A DNA stretch of 64,000 bases from Anthoceros angustus (lineage: Eukaryota > Plantae > Anthocerotophyta): NCBI GenBank assembly GCA_010909165.1, contig MU008205.1, forward strand, positions 248,001 to 312,000. The letters are read 5' to 3'. Shown here piece by piece: positions 34,348 to 48,344 of the stretch. The notes under the pieces are model-generated. The model saw only the letters and a program-made list of their open reading frames with translations. It was not told the DNA's origin and did no database searches. Position numbers and translations under genes: made by a program. Position 1 is the stretch's first letter. Each line of letters starts with the position of its first letter.

Positions 34348-36159
34348 GCATCACATTCTGCAGGTCAGGCCAAGCCACTCCAGGCCTGCGTCGAAAATCT
34401 TTACAGCCACAGCTTCCCGAATGTCCTTGGCATAATATCATGCACTAGAGTTGTGCCGCATCATCCACAAGATCGGGCAGTGCCTGAAAGTCTGTATCCT
34501 TTCCTTGATTGCCATGGTTTCGATGTCTACAATGTCACAGGCCGCTGTGACACGGAACCTACACAGCCACTAGAACCGTAAATGCAGAGGGATAAAGTGT
34601 CATGACACTCTCCGACACAGTCTATTACTGGTTCGCACCTTAATTTCTCGGAGTCTACTTATCATGCTGAACATTATGACAAGAGTATATTTGTACTAAT
34701 TTGTAATATTAAATATATTAACTATGTAAAATGAAAAAGAAACTGATAGATATTCAAAACTAAGGAATTCGGGAGACTGAGAAGTAAGTGTTAGTGTTCC
34801 GTCTACCTATTAGTTTCATGCTAATTCCTATTAAGTTGTCTATGTAGACTCTCAATTTTTTTTGTCAACCCATAGCTTGTGCCTTGCGCATGCTGTAACG
34901 CACGCATAGGTCCTCCAACTCAAAGGAGAGCGTCCTTCATGCCGTGTGACACTAATCTCTGCACTTGGGTTTAGTGTGTGATTAATCTAAGGTGTTTATA
35001 TTGATTAAGCATTGATTAGTGTTAATTAAACATGGTTAGCAATACCTAAGTGGATGAGCACAAGTAAAATGCTTTAGCATATTCCTTGCATACTATAGTG
35101 TATTCTTAGGATATTTCTGCCAATATGCTGATGCCAATAGGATATCTTAGGAATATGCTAATACCAAGGGCTAGTATATATAGACCCTTTCACAGAGAAC
35201 AAGCTCAGATCATAGCTTGTCCTCTAAATATGCAATGCAAGAGTGTTGTGAGAAGGCCAAAGCTATGACTTCGAGAGCGATGTGTGAGGAATTTGCATGT
35301 TGTTCTCGTGGGGAGAATGTGTTTTGTACCACGATGTGCGAGCTACTCCCTCCTATTGTTATTGGTCTGTACCTATACTTGCATATTTGATTTGTTTTGC
35401 TTGGTTGTGTGTTGAGGAAGTGCTTATATAAATGCAAGTGCTTACCTCGTGCGACAAGGACAAAAAATTTAGTTAACCCCAATGGATGAAGGTCACTTTT
35501 GTGTCGTTTTGGGTGCGTTATGGGCTTTACGGATTTTTTTACAGCTATTAAAGAGCTCAAGCCTTTGCTCTTAGGTCGTTCTGGGTGCATTCTAGGCTTT
35601 TCGGATTTTTTCACAGCGATTGAAGAGCTCAAACCTTTGAGCATGTATGCTAGGCACTACTAGGAACATGTTGTTTTTTGGAACAAAAAATCTAAACATT
35701 ATCTTGGTGCAAACGACAGGCAAGAAGGCAACATTCCTCACAGATTCCGTGTAGTTAGACGCGTTCAAATGCCAACTAGGGTTCCTACCGGTACAACGAT
35801 GCCTCCAACATTCCTCTCGCACCGGACTTTCTACCTCTTCTAGCTTGCCTGATGCTTGATGCTTAATAAACTTCTCTGTCATTCTGCTAAAGATGCTCAC
35901 CCACGTCGCCGTGGCCATGGAGCCTCACCGTCCTATCAAAATTACTAGAAGAGGCATCTGTGGCCCTTTGTTTTTTTTCCCAGTTAGTGCAACTCTCCAT
36001 GCTGCTACTTGTGAAGGTGAGCACAATCCATCTAATTTCTACTTTTTTTCAATTATAAATAAATTTAGGCAATTCACCCGAAAAGCCTAGAAAAAGGTGT
36101 CGTCCTTCTAGGATTAACCCTTTGTGCCAATTCTACAAGTTATGTGTGTCCAAATGGCT

Positions 36160-36420
36160 TAGGCCAAATGGACACACATTTATAAGAACGTTGTTATTAA
36201 GCATCCTGTGCTTGGATGGGGTGCCTAAAGGGAATGGATGCCCTTGGTGCAAGTAGCTTAGGCATACCATGGTACAAATTGTTGGATGGGGTGCCTAAAG
36301 GGAATGGATGCCCTTGGTGCAAGTAGCTTAGGCATACCATGGTACAAATTGTTAAGTACCAAGTCTCGTGACGGAAATCCGTCCTTAGTGGACTAAAATA
36401 AATTTCTTCTTCTTCTTCTG
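36160..36420 (+). repeat. Dispersed repeat copy A, with an internal 70-bp tandem duplication (36212-36353)
   Basis: Matches the reverse complement of 49865-50070; ends with hairpin GACGGAAATCCGTC, AATAAA and (TTC)n. Confidence 0.85.
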
Positions 36421-36834
36421 CAGATGATTGTTCTAGACCATCATATTTGCAGGACACATACAAAACATTATCCTACCATGTTATTCTATTTATCAATAAG
36501 TTTTTAAAAATATATTTTGAATAATATAATAAAAAACTAAAAGATAAATGACCATAGAATTCACAGAAAATTAAAATTAAAACTTCTAATCCATTTTCAT
36601 AATCATAATACGCTATGTAAACTCACATAGATGAACCCACATAATATAACACGATAATAATTGGTCATTTAACCATGTTACGTTTTGTAGAATCTGCTCT
36701 ATTTTTGAAGCAAATATGATAGTGCACTACAAACAAAAGAAAGATATGAATAATCTTCCTAGAGACAATGCCTAGCATAAGAAAAACTAGGAAGCTTGAA
36801 ACTTTAGACAACTCAGTGCAGTCCATAGAATCAG

Positions 36835-37148
36835 CCCCCACCTAAAACGCCTAACAAACATTAGCCAATAGAAACCAACAAGGAGGCTCCACCTAAAATG
36901 CCTTACAAACAATCTAATACCCAGTACAAACTAACAAGGAGGCGCCACCTTAAGCGTCTTACAAACTAACAAGGAGGCCCCACCTTAAGCGCCTTACAAT
37001 CAATAGAATACCCAGCAGAAACCAACAAGGAGGCCCCACCTTAAGCGCCTTACAAACAATAGAATACCCAGCAGAAAACAACAAGGAGGCCCCACCTTAA
37101 GCGCCTTACAAACAATAGAATACCCAGTAGAAACTAACAAGGAGGCCC
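36835..37148 (+). repeat. About 55-bp tandem repeat, 5-6 copies
   Basis: Unit close to AACCAACAAGGAGGCCCCACCTTAAGCGCCTTACAAACAATAGAATACCCAGCAGA. Confidence 0.9.
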
Positions 37149-37489
37149 GAAGAGCAAAGACGACGTCCAAAAACCACAGGCTTGTCCAAGCTGCTCTATT
37201 GGAAATAAGTACGTAGTTAGTGTCGAGTGGAGAAGCGATAAATGTTGAAAAGTATTAAATGACTAAAAATACACTTGAAGCTTGGAGTAAACTGTAGCCT
37301 TTACAGAGTTGAATGACCCTCAAAAGTGATTTACACCTTATTGCAACTTTTAACCAGCTCTGCCATCTCCTGATAATATTATCTCAACGTTTCTTTCCGC
37401 TAGCTATTTTGGAGTTCTTGAGGGGACGGATGTGGCACAGGAACAACATCGCACAAAGCTTGAAAGAAAAAAACGCGTTCCACTTAAAG

Positions 37490-38713
37490 TTAGATTTGCA
37501 TTGCCTGAGCATGGTAAGTGTCCAGCTCAGCGTCCAAAACCTCGGCACTCTTGACTACTGCAGGAGGTCTTTGGCTGCCTCCCCCTCCTCCTCTCCCTCT
37601 ACCACGTCCACGACCGAACCGCCTTGGCTGAAAACCATTCGTAGCTCTGAAAATTTGAGACAAAACAGAAGACCTTGTTAAACACCACCAATAGCCAACA
37701 CAGAACAAACTAGACAAACGAGACGAGTGTCTGACACCCTACCCAACAACATGCTTCCTCTCCATAGAGGCTGCCGCTGCTGCTCGAGCAAAACCAGGGC
37801 TGCATGACAGAAAACATGGATGCCAATGCCCACTGATGACAACAACATAGATACCAGTACACCAAAACCATCCACCCAGTAATAGGCGAAGAGAAACCAA
37901 ACCATCCTATATCTAGTGCTAGGGTTTAAGAGAAAAAAGGACATACGTTACCACCACGGTTCGGCCTCGTCTTCCACCCGCTGCCGCATTCCCATTCACA
38001 GCCCGTGCCTCTGACCCTACTGTCGTCAGGTTTTTGCCTATCAGCTCGATGGCCATGGGCTTGCCATCAAGTTGAACATTGTTGTACCGCTTGAGCGCGG
38101 CAACAGCATCTGGTCTCCGGGCAAACACCACCTCCGCAGTGCCCTTGGAACGGCCGCTTCTATCGTAGTGGATAGAGCACCTTTTCAAATCCCCAACTTC
38201 GGAGAATAACTCCTTGATATCTTCGTTTGACACTCCGAAGTCCAAATTGGACACGTACAGCTTCGTACCCGTCTCTATACCCACGGCTGCAGCAGCTGCC
38301 CTGCCTGCCCCCTCCTCAAATAAATCATGTCGCCACACCGCATCAGGGGCTCGGCGAGCATTCTGCATTCATGAAACCACAGTGATGAGCTTCCCCAAAG
38401 TCAGGGGACAAGGGTGGCAAATTAGGGCAACAGGCAGTGCCACACAAGGAAGGCACAGGGCAAGCAAGAAGCAGGCCCAGCAGATGCAAGCAAGAGGAGT
38501 CACGAACCGAACCTTAGATGTGAAGTAGGGCGCAGCCCGTCCCGCTGCCCGATTCACTTGTCGCCTGGCAGGACCTCCAAAGCCGCGGCCAGCGAATTTG
38601 CCTGCCTTCCCACCAGCTGCTTCGGCGCCGCCGCCGCCGCCGCGCCCTCCCCTTGTCTTCTTCTTGTTGTTCTTGATGATATCATCCAGGCTCATGTTGA
38701 GAGACGCCTCCAT
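37490..38713 (-). CDS. ALY: ALY/REF mRNA export adaptor (THO complex subunit 4), three exons
   Basis: LNMSLDDIIK N-box; RRM TKLYVSNLDFGVSNEDIKELFSEVGDLKR...HYDRSGRSKGTAEVVF; C-box KSAEVLDAELDTYH. Alternative start at 38755. Confidence 0.95.
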
Positions 38714-41514
38714 GGGGTCTTCCGACTTCGTGGAAAGAGATGCCGTAGGCTCCATTCTGGCGGACGAGATGAATGAAGAGAGCAATCAGAATGGAGCAAA
38801 CTGCGGAGGTGCTCCGCCCTTTTATTACCTCCTCCTCTTTTTCTATTTTCCTATCTAATAATTTATTTCTCCTATATCCCATTTTCACTTTAGTCTAAAC
38901 CCCGTTTACTCACTAGAATCACACCTGTTTATCGTGATTACATAAACAGGCTTCTACCGTATCTAAACATATTGACTCCTTGGTTTGGGGCTAGGTACAG
39001 TAGCTGGTGTTATAATTATTTAAAAATATTATTAAATATTTAATAATATATATTAGGATCTAAGGCTACTTTTAGTCTTAGGTTAAGTTGAATACTTAAT
39101 AGTCTTGTTGCGACTTTTTTTAATTGTGTACCTATTAGGAAAAGAGAGATATATATATTGACGATATGAGAACTTTGTCAAAAATAAAAAAATCATTGTA
39201 TAATATACCGAGATAAGTGACTCCATCTCCATCAAAACAGCGTTGAAGAAAGGGCAATGAGATGAAAAAACACATACTCTAAGAGAGTTATTAAAAAATA
39301 TTCACTCGCTCTTATAATCTCGAAACTAGGTAGGATAGTAGCCGGGGTTGTTGAAAAACGCCACCTGCATTCATTTGTGATTCCCTAGGTGTTTCAACAA
39401 TAGTTTTATGCCATGATAGAGACGAACACACAGCCGAGAAGAATAGAGTTCTCAAAGCGTTTAGAGGGGTTTACATAACAGAGTGAACTACTCAAATTAA
39501 GAATCTACCATAAGTATAGAAGCTATTCACTATATCTTAGAATAGCAGTATCGAACCACATATCCCTTATATAGTTGTATGTCTTTGTACCTTATTGACT
39601 CAAAAATGAGACTTTGTTGTTAGAAATCTTCTATAATTATGCATAGTGGCTATCCAAAGACTATAAGCTAGAATAGCACTATTATTCTTGAACCACATTT
39701 CCTTATATAGTACTATGTATCTATACCATCCAAGCCATAGAGGTGTGGCATTTGAAACTATGTAATACCATATTTATATTGTATGACTATTGACTTAACT
39801 TCACATTGATTTACTCTTGAATTAGGCGCAATACACTACATTTCAATAATCATTTTCATAATTTGTGATACTTTAGCACCCATCATCAAATCACCTAATT
39901 ATTCAATCACTACACGAATGTTAGATTGTATGTATGGGACACACAACTTTATTATATGTTAATTGATTATACAACTTTAACCATGAGTGAAGTGACCGGA
40001 CTATTGAGAAGCAAATCTGATCAATCACTGGTAAAGCAGGCTTCATCTTGGTTCTGACTCTTAATTAAATAACCTCGCCCCCAACTGTGCATGTGCATGT
40101 GCATGCATGCACAAACACGGTTCTGCACACTAGTATCCCATTGTTACTAGGCCATCTGCTTGCTCATCAAAAGTGCCTTGATGCTGGCCATGTCCACCAT
40201 CATATCCTGGATACTAGTTTCTGTTGACATGGGAGGCGGGCCGATGTTAGAAATCAAGCTAGCCTCGAGATCCAATCTTCCTGCAACGCCCGCCCCGCAA
40301 TCCACATGTGCTCTCGCCCTTGTTAGCATCATTATCTAGTAGACATGTTTTTTTCTATGAATTCTAATTAGATTATGAAGTATGTGACTGCGTACCATTA
40401 GTTGTTTTCATGGAAATTTGAAGGATTTAAGCGGCACAACACAAATAATCTTATGGAGCAGCGGTAGTTCCCCATACCATCTGCACCGGAGCCGGAAGAC
40501 CCACTAAGAATCAAAGTTGCCGCAACAAGTTCCCAACTGATCCAAGAAAAATTTATCGCATGCCATTAATATTCTTGGTCTTTTTATCCATCCGCATCGC
40601 CACCCGCTCTCCAGACCGACTCCTGCAACTCCAAGGCAAGAACATTGCCACCCGCTCATTGCCCCTACACTCCAGACGACTCTTGTAGCTGCAAGATTGA
40701 CTGCTGGAAATGTGACACGGTGTGTCCTAGCTACTTCTGCTTCGGGTGCATCTTTGGGCTTCGATATGACCTATGAGGTGAGGAACTTCTTGGGCTTTGG
40801 CATGATTTATAGTTGAAATTCTTTAGATTTTAGCACACCAAGTGATGTAATATAAAGTTATTTTTATAAATATTAGATGTTTAGGTCATAAAATCATATC
40901 AAAGGAAATAACTGCAAAACTGTAAATCCTTATAACCTAAAAAATATTGATATAATTTCTGTTGAACTTTTAACATATACAGGAATATGGTACCACAACT
41001 AAGCATGTATAAGGCTGTTGGAATCTTGCAAGGAAATGAAGCCTCTGTCTTTATAGGAAAATAAAGAGCTACCTACCTTATTGGGATGCTTATTTACTAA
41101 TGAAGTACTAACAAATGGTTTTTTTTTTTAAGGGTGTGTGGGGAGTATGGAGAGCAAAAGAGGTTTTACTTTGGTGTTTTAGCGTGTAGGGAGGAGAGGT
41201 TTACCATTTGTATAGGTAGCCGCTCGACGTGCTAGTGGATGATGAACGTAATAAGTTGGCGAAGTGTTAACGAGGTATGTGTGTGTAAATCAGAGGCTGA
41301 GTGGAGGGCCAGGAAGGCCAGTCGCCACAAGCAACGCCTGGCCAGTCGTCAGGGGAACGCCTGCCCGAAGTGTAAAGCGTCTTGTGGAGGCGCTCTTGCT
41401 TGGTGATTGGGCTGTTAGGTTGCTTCTGATGTGACCTAGAGACACACGGGCGTGGGTTTGCACTCGGCTGCGGCATCCTGGCCCGGATCTGAGCAAGCGG
41501 CTGGCGTCACGATC

Positions 41515-44500
41515 ATGGAAACCAAAGCGGATGAGGATGGCGGTGTGCCCGATCCACCTGCCAATCGGGATCCCGATGGCGACGACTCCGACTTTGCGGA
41601 AGTCGATCCCACAGGCAGATACGGGCGGGTAAGTTGTCAGGGCCTAGGATTTTGCTCCTGCCCCACTTGGTTTGGTGGAACCTGATCTTCTTGACCTAGT
41701 GCTGGCTACCTGCTCCAGTACGCAATCTTTTGCCTTTCAGCTGAACCTATGGGAGGTGATTTGTCCGTCCCGGCCCTGTAGAATTTAGTACAGAGTACGG
41801 TGCATGTTGCCTTGTTGTTCAGCGTAGCGAGAGAAGGGATCTCTTTTTGGATAGGGCACAAGGAATTCCGTGTTTCGTCAGTCCTGCTCTTCGGTTCAGC
41901 TTGGTTTGCTTTTGTGAAGGATGTTGCACCCTGTTTTGCGATGCGGAAACTTATGTGATCTTTCCGCTTTGCTGTTGTGCATGCAGTATGACGAAGTTCT
42001 TGGCAAGGGAGCTTTTAAGACTGTGTATCCTTCCTGCTTCGGCAACTTTTTTGATTGGGGTGTTTGGAACTTGAGCTACTGGATGTCAATTGGCGCGTGT
42101 GAGGTCTGGGCTGTTGGTGTGCTGATCGGGCTTTCTTGGCGTGGAGAGTTGTGCGTCGGTTGAATCGGATGCTCGTTTATTTGCCCTTAATTCCTCACAG
42201 CTATAGGGCATTTGATGAAGTGGATGGCATAGAGGTAGCCTGGAACCAGGTGAAAGTCCAAGATGTTTTACAAAGTTCTGAGGACTTGGAGCGGTTGTAT
42301 TCTGAAGTGCACTTGCTGAAGACGTTGAAACACAAGAATATCATAAAGTTCTACAATTCTTGGGTGGATACAAAGACGAAGAATGTCAACTTTATCACTG
42401 AGATTTTTACCTCAGGCACTCTGAGACAGTATGTGTTTTCATGGCCCCTTCATTTGGTTGTCCTGTTTGTTTACCTGTTGCTTGTGGGTTCTGGGTCCTT
42501 GTAGTTCATACTACGTGTCGGACCTCAGGTATCGGAAGAGGCATAAGCACGTGGATATCAAGGCTGTAAAAAATTGGTCGAGGCAAATTCTTCGGGGCCT
42601 TCTGTACCTGCACAGTCATGACCCGCCCATCATTCATCGGGATTTGAAGTGTGATAATATTTTTGTGAATGGGAACCAAGGGGAGGTCAAAATTGGTGAT
42701 CTTGGCTTGGCCGCCATTCTTCGCCAGGCACATGCAGCGCACAGTGTCATTGGTAAAAGATTCGTGATCAGAACTTTCAAGGGATATCTGCAATCAAGGG
42801 TTTATGTAAAAAGGATAATGACAGATGTCTTATGGGTGCAGGTACACCTGAATTCATGGCTCCCGAGCTTTATGAGGAAGAATACAATGAGCTAGTAGAC
42901 ATCTATTCTTTTGGCATGTGCCTCTTGGAGATGGTCACGTTTGAGTATCCGTATAGTGAGTGTACTAATGCTGCTCAAATATACAAGAAAGTGACCTCGG
43001 CAAGTGCTTCTTTCCCTCCCGGCCGTTTGTTGTCCCTAGTGTCGAGAGCACATGTTCTGGAGCTTGCTCACTCCCAGCTGTTCTGACTGCGGCTTCCATG
43101 GGTGTACAGGGCAAAAAGCCGGCAGCTTTGGAGAAGATTAAAGACCCTGATGTCAAAGCTTTTGTAGAGAAGTGTCTGGCAACAGCTTCGCGTAGGCTTC
43201 CTGCCCGAGAGCTGTTGATGGACCCATTCCTGCTGTGCGAGGGTGACCGAGAAGCTATTGAGTGCGTCCCTTCGCTATCCCGCTGTAGGTCTGGAGCAGA
43301 TGATATGGAGGAGCTTGGAGTCATTTCAGAGGACCACAGTTACAGGTTAAGTGCAACTTCAGGGTGGAAAGAGAGGCTGTCGGAGAGTGAAGTTCGAGGG
43401 AAAGGGAAGGTGGTGGCAGACACAGAAAAGCTTAGTAATGGTTCAAGCAAGTTAATAGGTGGTCATGTTGGGGATTCTGAAGGTGAAGATGATCCTCTTC
43501 CTGGGAGACGTCAGTCAGTAACCACAAAAGGAGGGAAGGAGGATCGTCCGAGGAGAAGCAGGGATTTCAGGGTGAAAGGCAAAAGAAGGGATGATGACAC
43601 TATCTTTCTCCGACTTCGGATTGCAGATCCTGAAGGTAGGCCTTTCTCCTTCTCGTTTTTCCTGGGACATTACAGTGAATGTGTGAAAGCCCTGGGGGTG
43701 TGCTTTTCCTGCTTGATGTACTGTGGATTGTTTCGACTGAAGCCCTAAGAGTGCACTGGCATGTGTCCTCATCTAACGCCAATCAATCGTCACACAGCGC
43801 ATTATGTCCTCTCCCTGATGACGTCAGGAATTTTTGCGAGTGATTATCAACTGAAGTGCACATCTTGCGTCCATTCCAGGGCATATCCGCAACATTCATT
43901 TCCCTTTTGATGTGGAGGCAGATACAGCGATGACTGTCGCAACTGAGATGCTGGAAGAGCTTGATCTTTCTGACCAAGATGTGACGACAATTGCTGAAAT
44001 GATTGATGCCGAGATTTTGGCTCTTGTACCCGAATGGAAACCGGGGGTGGCTTGTGATGAAACTGGTCCTCTTGATGCGGAAACATCTTACGACAGCAGG
44101 AGGGAGTCACCTGTGAATGCAGTTGGCTTCCCTAAGGCCAGATTTGATTTGGACCCAATGACCACTATCTCATCAGAGGGGTCCCTAGTTGACCGGCTCC
44201 CTGTGAACCGCAAGTTAAGGTCTCACTCACCCAGAGTGGGTGCGTTGACAGCGGGCTCACCTCCGAGGGGGGAGGGAACAATGCATGGAAGGTTTGAAGA
44301 AATCACCTACCACCCTCGTGGGTCAGATCACTCTTGGCGTCACTTGGATGCCTCTCCTGTCTTTTCAAGTGACTTGTCTGATGCACAGGAGGGTGGATCC
44401 GATGTGGGAGGGGAATACATGTCTCCAGAGAGCAGCTCCAATGCTGAATCCTCTTGGCAAGCAAGTCGTGCCCGTGGAGGAGGAGACTTTGATCAGGATT

Positions 44501-45201
44501 CTGCCGGGAACATTCCCAGGCCTAGGGACCATGCTGAAAGGAGTGCATTTAATGATCTAGTCGAGTTGAGGAGAAATGCTGGGTATAGCAAGTACACTCA
44601 CGAGACATGGGCAGGGGTTGCACTGGGTAGCAGAGGTGCAGGGCATAGCGAAGAAGGTGACAATGAGGATGGACAAGAGCAGCAGGAGGATGATGCACGG
44701 TCCTTTACCGGTCATTCTGCATCCAATTCAGATGCTGACAAAGGCGAACTGGCAGACCGTGAATTAATCCTGTTGGCCATCAGGCAGGAGCAGGAGATGA
44801 GGGAGATGCAATGGAGGCATAAACAGGCGCTCCGTGACCTGAAGGCTCGAATCCATCGAAAAGATACCAGTGCTGAAGAGCTCCGAAGTCTAAGAGATTC
44901 CTTTAGGAACACAGGTGTGTCATCATCTCCTGAGAGGGTGGTAGCCCATGGTATAGGCAGACGTCACAACCATGAGGCTGGCTCCAATGGGTTCCTGTCA
45001 GCTGATTTGGGCACTGCCTCACCCTCCACCCACCGTGGCGTGTATTCCAAGCTCTTCAATGGGAAGAAGTCGACGGATGAGTCAGAGGAGTCAGATAGGT
45101 TGTCCTTAAAAGAGATTGCAGCTGCTATTGCAGAGGTGAAGACCGTGAGTGACGAGGGTACCGGTTCACTGAAAGTTGGGTGTGATGGTATTGTACACTA
45201 A
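41515..45201 (+). CDS. WNK: WNK (With-No-Lysine) Ser/Thr kinase, multi-exon
   Basis: [75 protein letters not shown], and the autoinhibitory region [17 protein letters not shown] further 3' exon (~45386-45469) is possible. Confidence 0.95.
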
Positions 45202-45825
45202 CAGAAATTTGAGTAGTCAGCGGCAGGCAGTGAGGGGTTGAAGGTTCCCGTGATGTGACGGTGGCCCGTAGCAAGAGGTTTGTTTGGGCCTTAGTTGGTG
45301 ATCCGGGATTATGTCCCCCCATCTAACCTGCACCTAAGCTCTTAGTTTTAGACTGTGACGTTGGGTAGATGATATTGTGTTGCAGGTGGAGAAAACTTTG
45401 TTGGTGGGTGTGGCTGACGGTTGTGCTCTTCAGTCAGACGTGGGTTGCATCAGATTTCCAAGTTATTGAAGTCTCGCCGTTGCTCAGCGTCATTCATTCA
45501 TTCGAGTCCCCCGTTTCGTGTCCTTCGATGTCACGGTCTTCCTCCTTGTACATTTTTCTACATGAACAGGAGCCTCGAACACAATTATTTTTTCGTCTGG
45601 TGGCCGAGCGAAGTGTCCCATGAGAGCTGAAAGAAGGGTGAAACTTATAATTCCGCTCTGAGGTGGCTACGAAAACGGCAGCTGCAGAAAATCTTTGGGA
45701 ATCGGTTCAATCAACCCTTGTAATGATACACATGTACAATACAACCATGAATGCTAAATAAGAGGGGTGGGCCGCCAGCTGCCGGCTGGAGTAGTGGGGG
45801 ATAGCGAGTAGGAAGGAAGAAGATA

Positions 45826-48344
45826 TCAGGAGATGGAATGCCGCCTCCTCCTCTTAGTCAAATCAGGCGTCTGGGGGTTCTTTTGCGAAGCCGAGTCCTT
45901 GGGCGCCCTTCCAAAGGGGTTGAGTTTACCCAGCTTTTTAGTCATGGAAGAGACGAATCTCTGAGCCGACCCGGATTTCTCCATGTCTTGCTTCATGTTC
46001 ACATGCTCCTTCTCCAGGTCCGTCAAGCGCATCCGCATCCTGGCAATCTCCAGCTTCAGCTCCCTGTTCTCTCTTCGCACAGACGAATAATTATCCCGCG
46101 GCGAGATGGCCGCACTCAGCGCCCCGCTGCTGATCCTCTGCGAGTACTGGCTGGCGGCGTGCTCCCCGTCCGTGAAGGAGCCCGCCATGGCCGTCCTTAG
46201 TCTCAGCTGCTCGAAGTAGAGCACCTGCACCACTACCTGCACTGGCAGCCGCTCGTTCTGCGCCGCGTGCGTGCACGCCTCCTGCGAGAGCTTCTGACAG
46301 TCCATGAGCTTGCACAGTTTCTTCCTCTCCATTTCCGACAGCGCCGGGTGAGCCTGCGGACAGGACAGACGGACTCCATGGTGAGCTCTCTAGCATGGCA
46401 TGCTTGAAACCCTAGCATGGAATGGTGAATAAAACCCTAGCACGCTGAGGCCATGTCATGTAAGAGGAAGGAGAGAGCGATGGCGGAGGAGGAAGCGGCT
46501 ACCTTGAGGTAAATGTCGATGGCTCTGTAGAGGCCGTCGTCCACAACCCTGGCATACTCGGGGAGCAGCTCAGCCAGGGACACGAACTTGGAGAGCTTGA
46601 GGTTGGCGTCGGGGGCGATCTCAGCCAGGTAAGAGTCGACCAGCTTGGCCACCTTCATGACAGCGCTCTGGGAGGGAGAGGAGCTCATGTTGGAGTCGGA
46701 CTCGTACATGAGCTGCGAGTCCTGGATGTCATCGCCGTCCTCCTGCTGCAGGAAATTCACCAGGATCCGGTGCACGATATCCACATCAAAGAGCGTGTCC
46801 CCGGTGTAGGAGAAGGAGGGAATGAGCAGGTCATCCAGCGTGGCCTGCTCCAGCTGCATCCCGATCCGCTTCTCCAAGTCCAGCCTACACGCAATCGTGG
46901 TGTCCAAAATAATGGCCGTCCTGAGCAGCCCGAAGAGGAAGCTACAGGAAGCCGTGTTCTTCTCAGGGGGCAGGAGGCTGACGATGGTCTCCACCAGCAC
47001 CCGCTGCTCGTGCTCCATGGCCGTGGCACTGTCATGCACCTTCATCTTCCTAGGCCCGGCCCCGGCCCCGCCCCCGGCCTGCTTCCTGTTGAACCCCTTG
47101 AGCGAGCGGTGCGCGTAGTGCATCAAGGCCCCCCCGATGCTCTCATAGCGCAGCCCGCGCGAGCGCATCGCCGCCAGCACTCTCTGGTACAGGTCGATGC
47201 GCAGCACAGAGAGATCCTCGGCCCACCAGTCGATGAGCGAGAGCTTGCTGTTGCCGTTGTTGAAGCTCAGCTTCTGCACGTTGTCGGAGCGGCCAGAGCC
47301 GGAAGAGTTGTTGTGGTCTGTGCCTCCCCCGCCCCCGCCCCCGGCCCGGGCCAGGCTGGATGCGATCTGCTCCCTGCACGCCTTGCTGGCCGCAGCGTCG
47401 ATGCATCGCTGCACGATCCGGAGATCCTCCGCCATGGGCAGGAGATTCTCGCACTGGTGGAGCACCGCAACGGAGTCCGCCAGATTCTGCAGCACCACCT
47501 CCTGGAGAAAGGCCTCTGTCCTGGACACCAGGTTGCCGTCTCCGTAGTCGTCCGTCATCTCCAGCGCCTCCGCCACGCACCGCAAGACAGCCACGTTCAC
47601 CGTGGTGATCTCGAAGTTGACGCCGTAGCAGAACTTAGCCGCCAGCTCGAAGGCTTCCGCCCCGCCCGGCACATCCTTGAGCTCCAGCCGCCCCGGGTCA
47701 GTCGTCTCCCGAGCCTCCGCCGCCATTTTCCGTATCCTCCCGCTCCTGGACACCAGCGGGAACTGCACCCACCACACCACAACCCCGCATTGGATTCTTC
47801 CCCCACCAACCATTGCTTGCTTCCGCAACCCGACAAGGGAAGAAATAATCTCGCCTCATGTCCGTCCTCTTTACCTTGTGGAGAGCGAAGGCGGTGCCAT
47901 CCACGTCCACCACAACGTCGCTGGGAACGTCGCTGGTGAAGGCCCTGCACATCATCACACGAAACCACTCTCTTTCTCAGTCACCCATGTCACGACATGC
48001 CATTGCAAGCCATGCCTTCCACCATTCCATGGCAGCAAGCAACATAGGAAGGAAGGAAGGAAGGTAAGGAGGAAAAGAGAAATTGGGCGGGGCAAGCCTG
48101 GTGAGGAGAAAACAAAAGCAGCCAGATGGACAGACAAAGAGGGCATTCCATTCCACATTCCCTTGAGTTCCATGGCATTCCATTCCATTGCATTCCTGTC
48201 CAGCCCAGCACAGTCCAGTCCATTGCAGGGCACAGGGAATGAAACCCACCACTCGCTAGGGCGTTTCATGACGAAGCTGGAACGGGAGTTGCGATGCTTG
48301 AGGGGAGGAAGCTTGTCATGCGAAGCCCTGGGGGCCACCGCCAT
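45826..48344 (-). CDS. BTB/POZ-NPH3 family (NRL) protein
   Basis: [91 protein letters not shown]; ends RRHSIS*. Confidence 0.95.

Noticed and set aside
36376-36400. Hairpin plus CTAA as a Helitron 3' end
   Set aside because: The second copy (49.9 kb) lacks CTRR at that position, and homology continues past it.
40147-40332. MLTRAR-starting ORF resembling a gag N-terminus
   Set aside because: Too short; no LTR, PBS or further domains.
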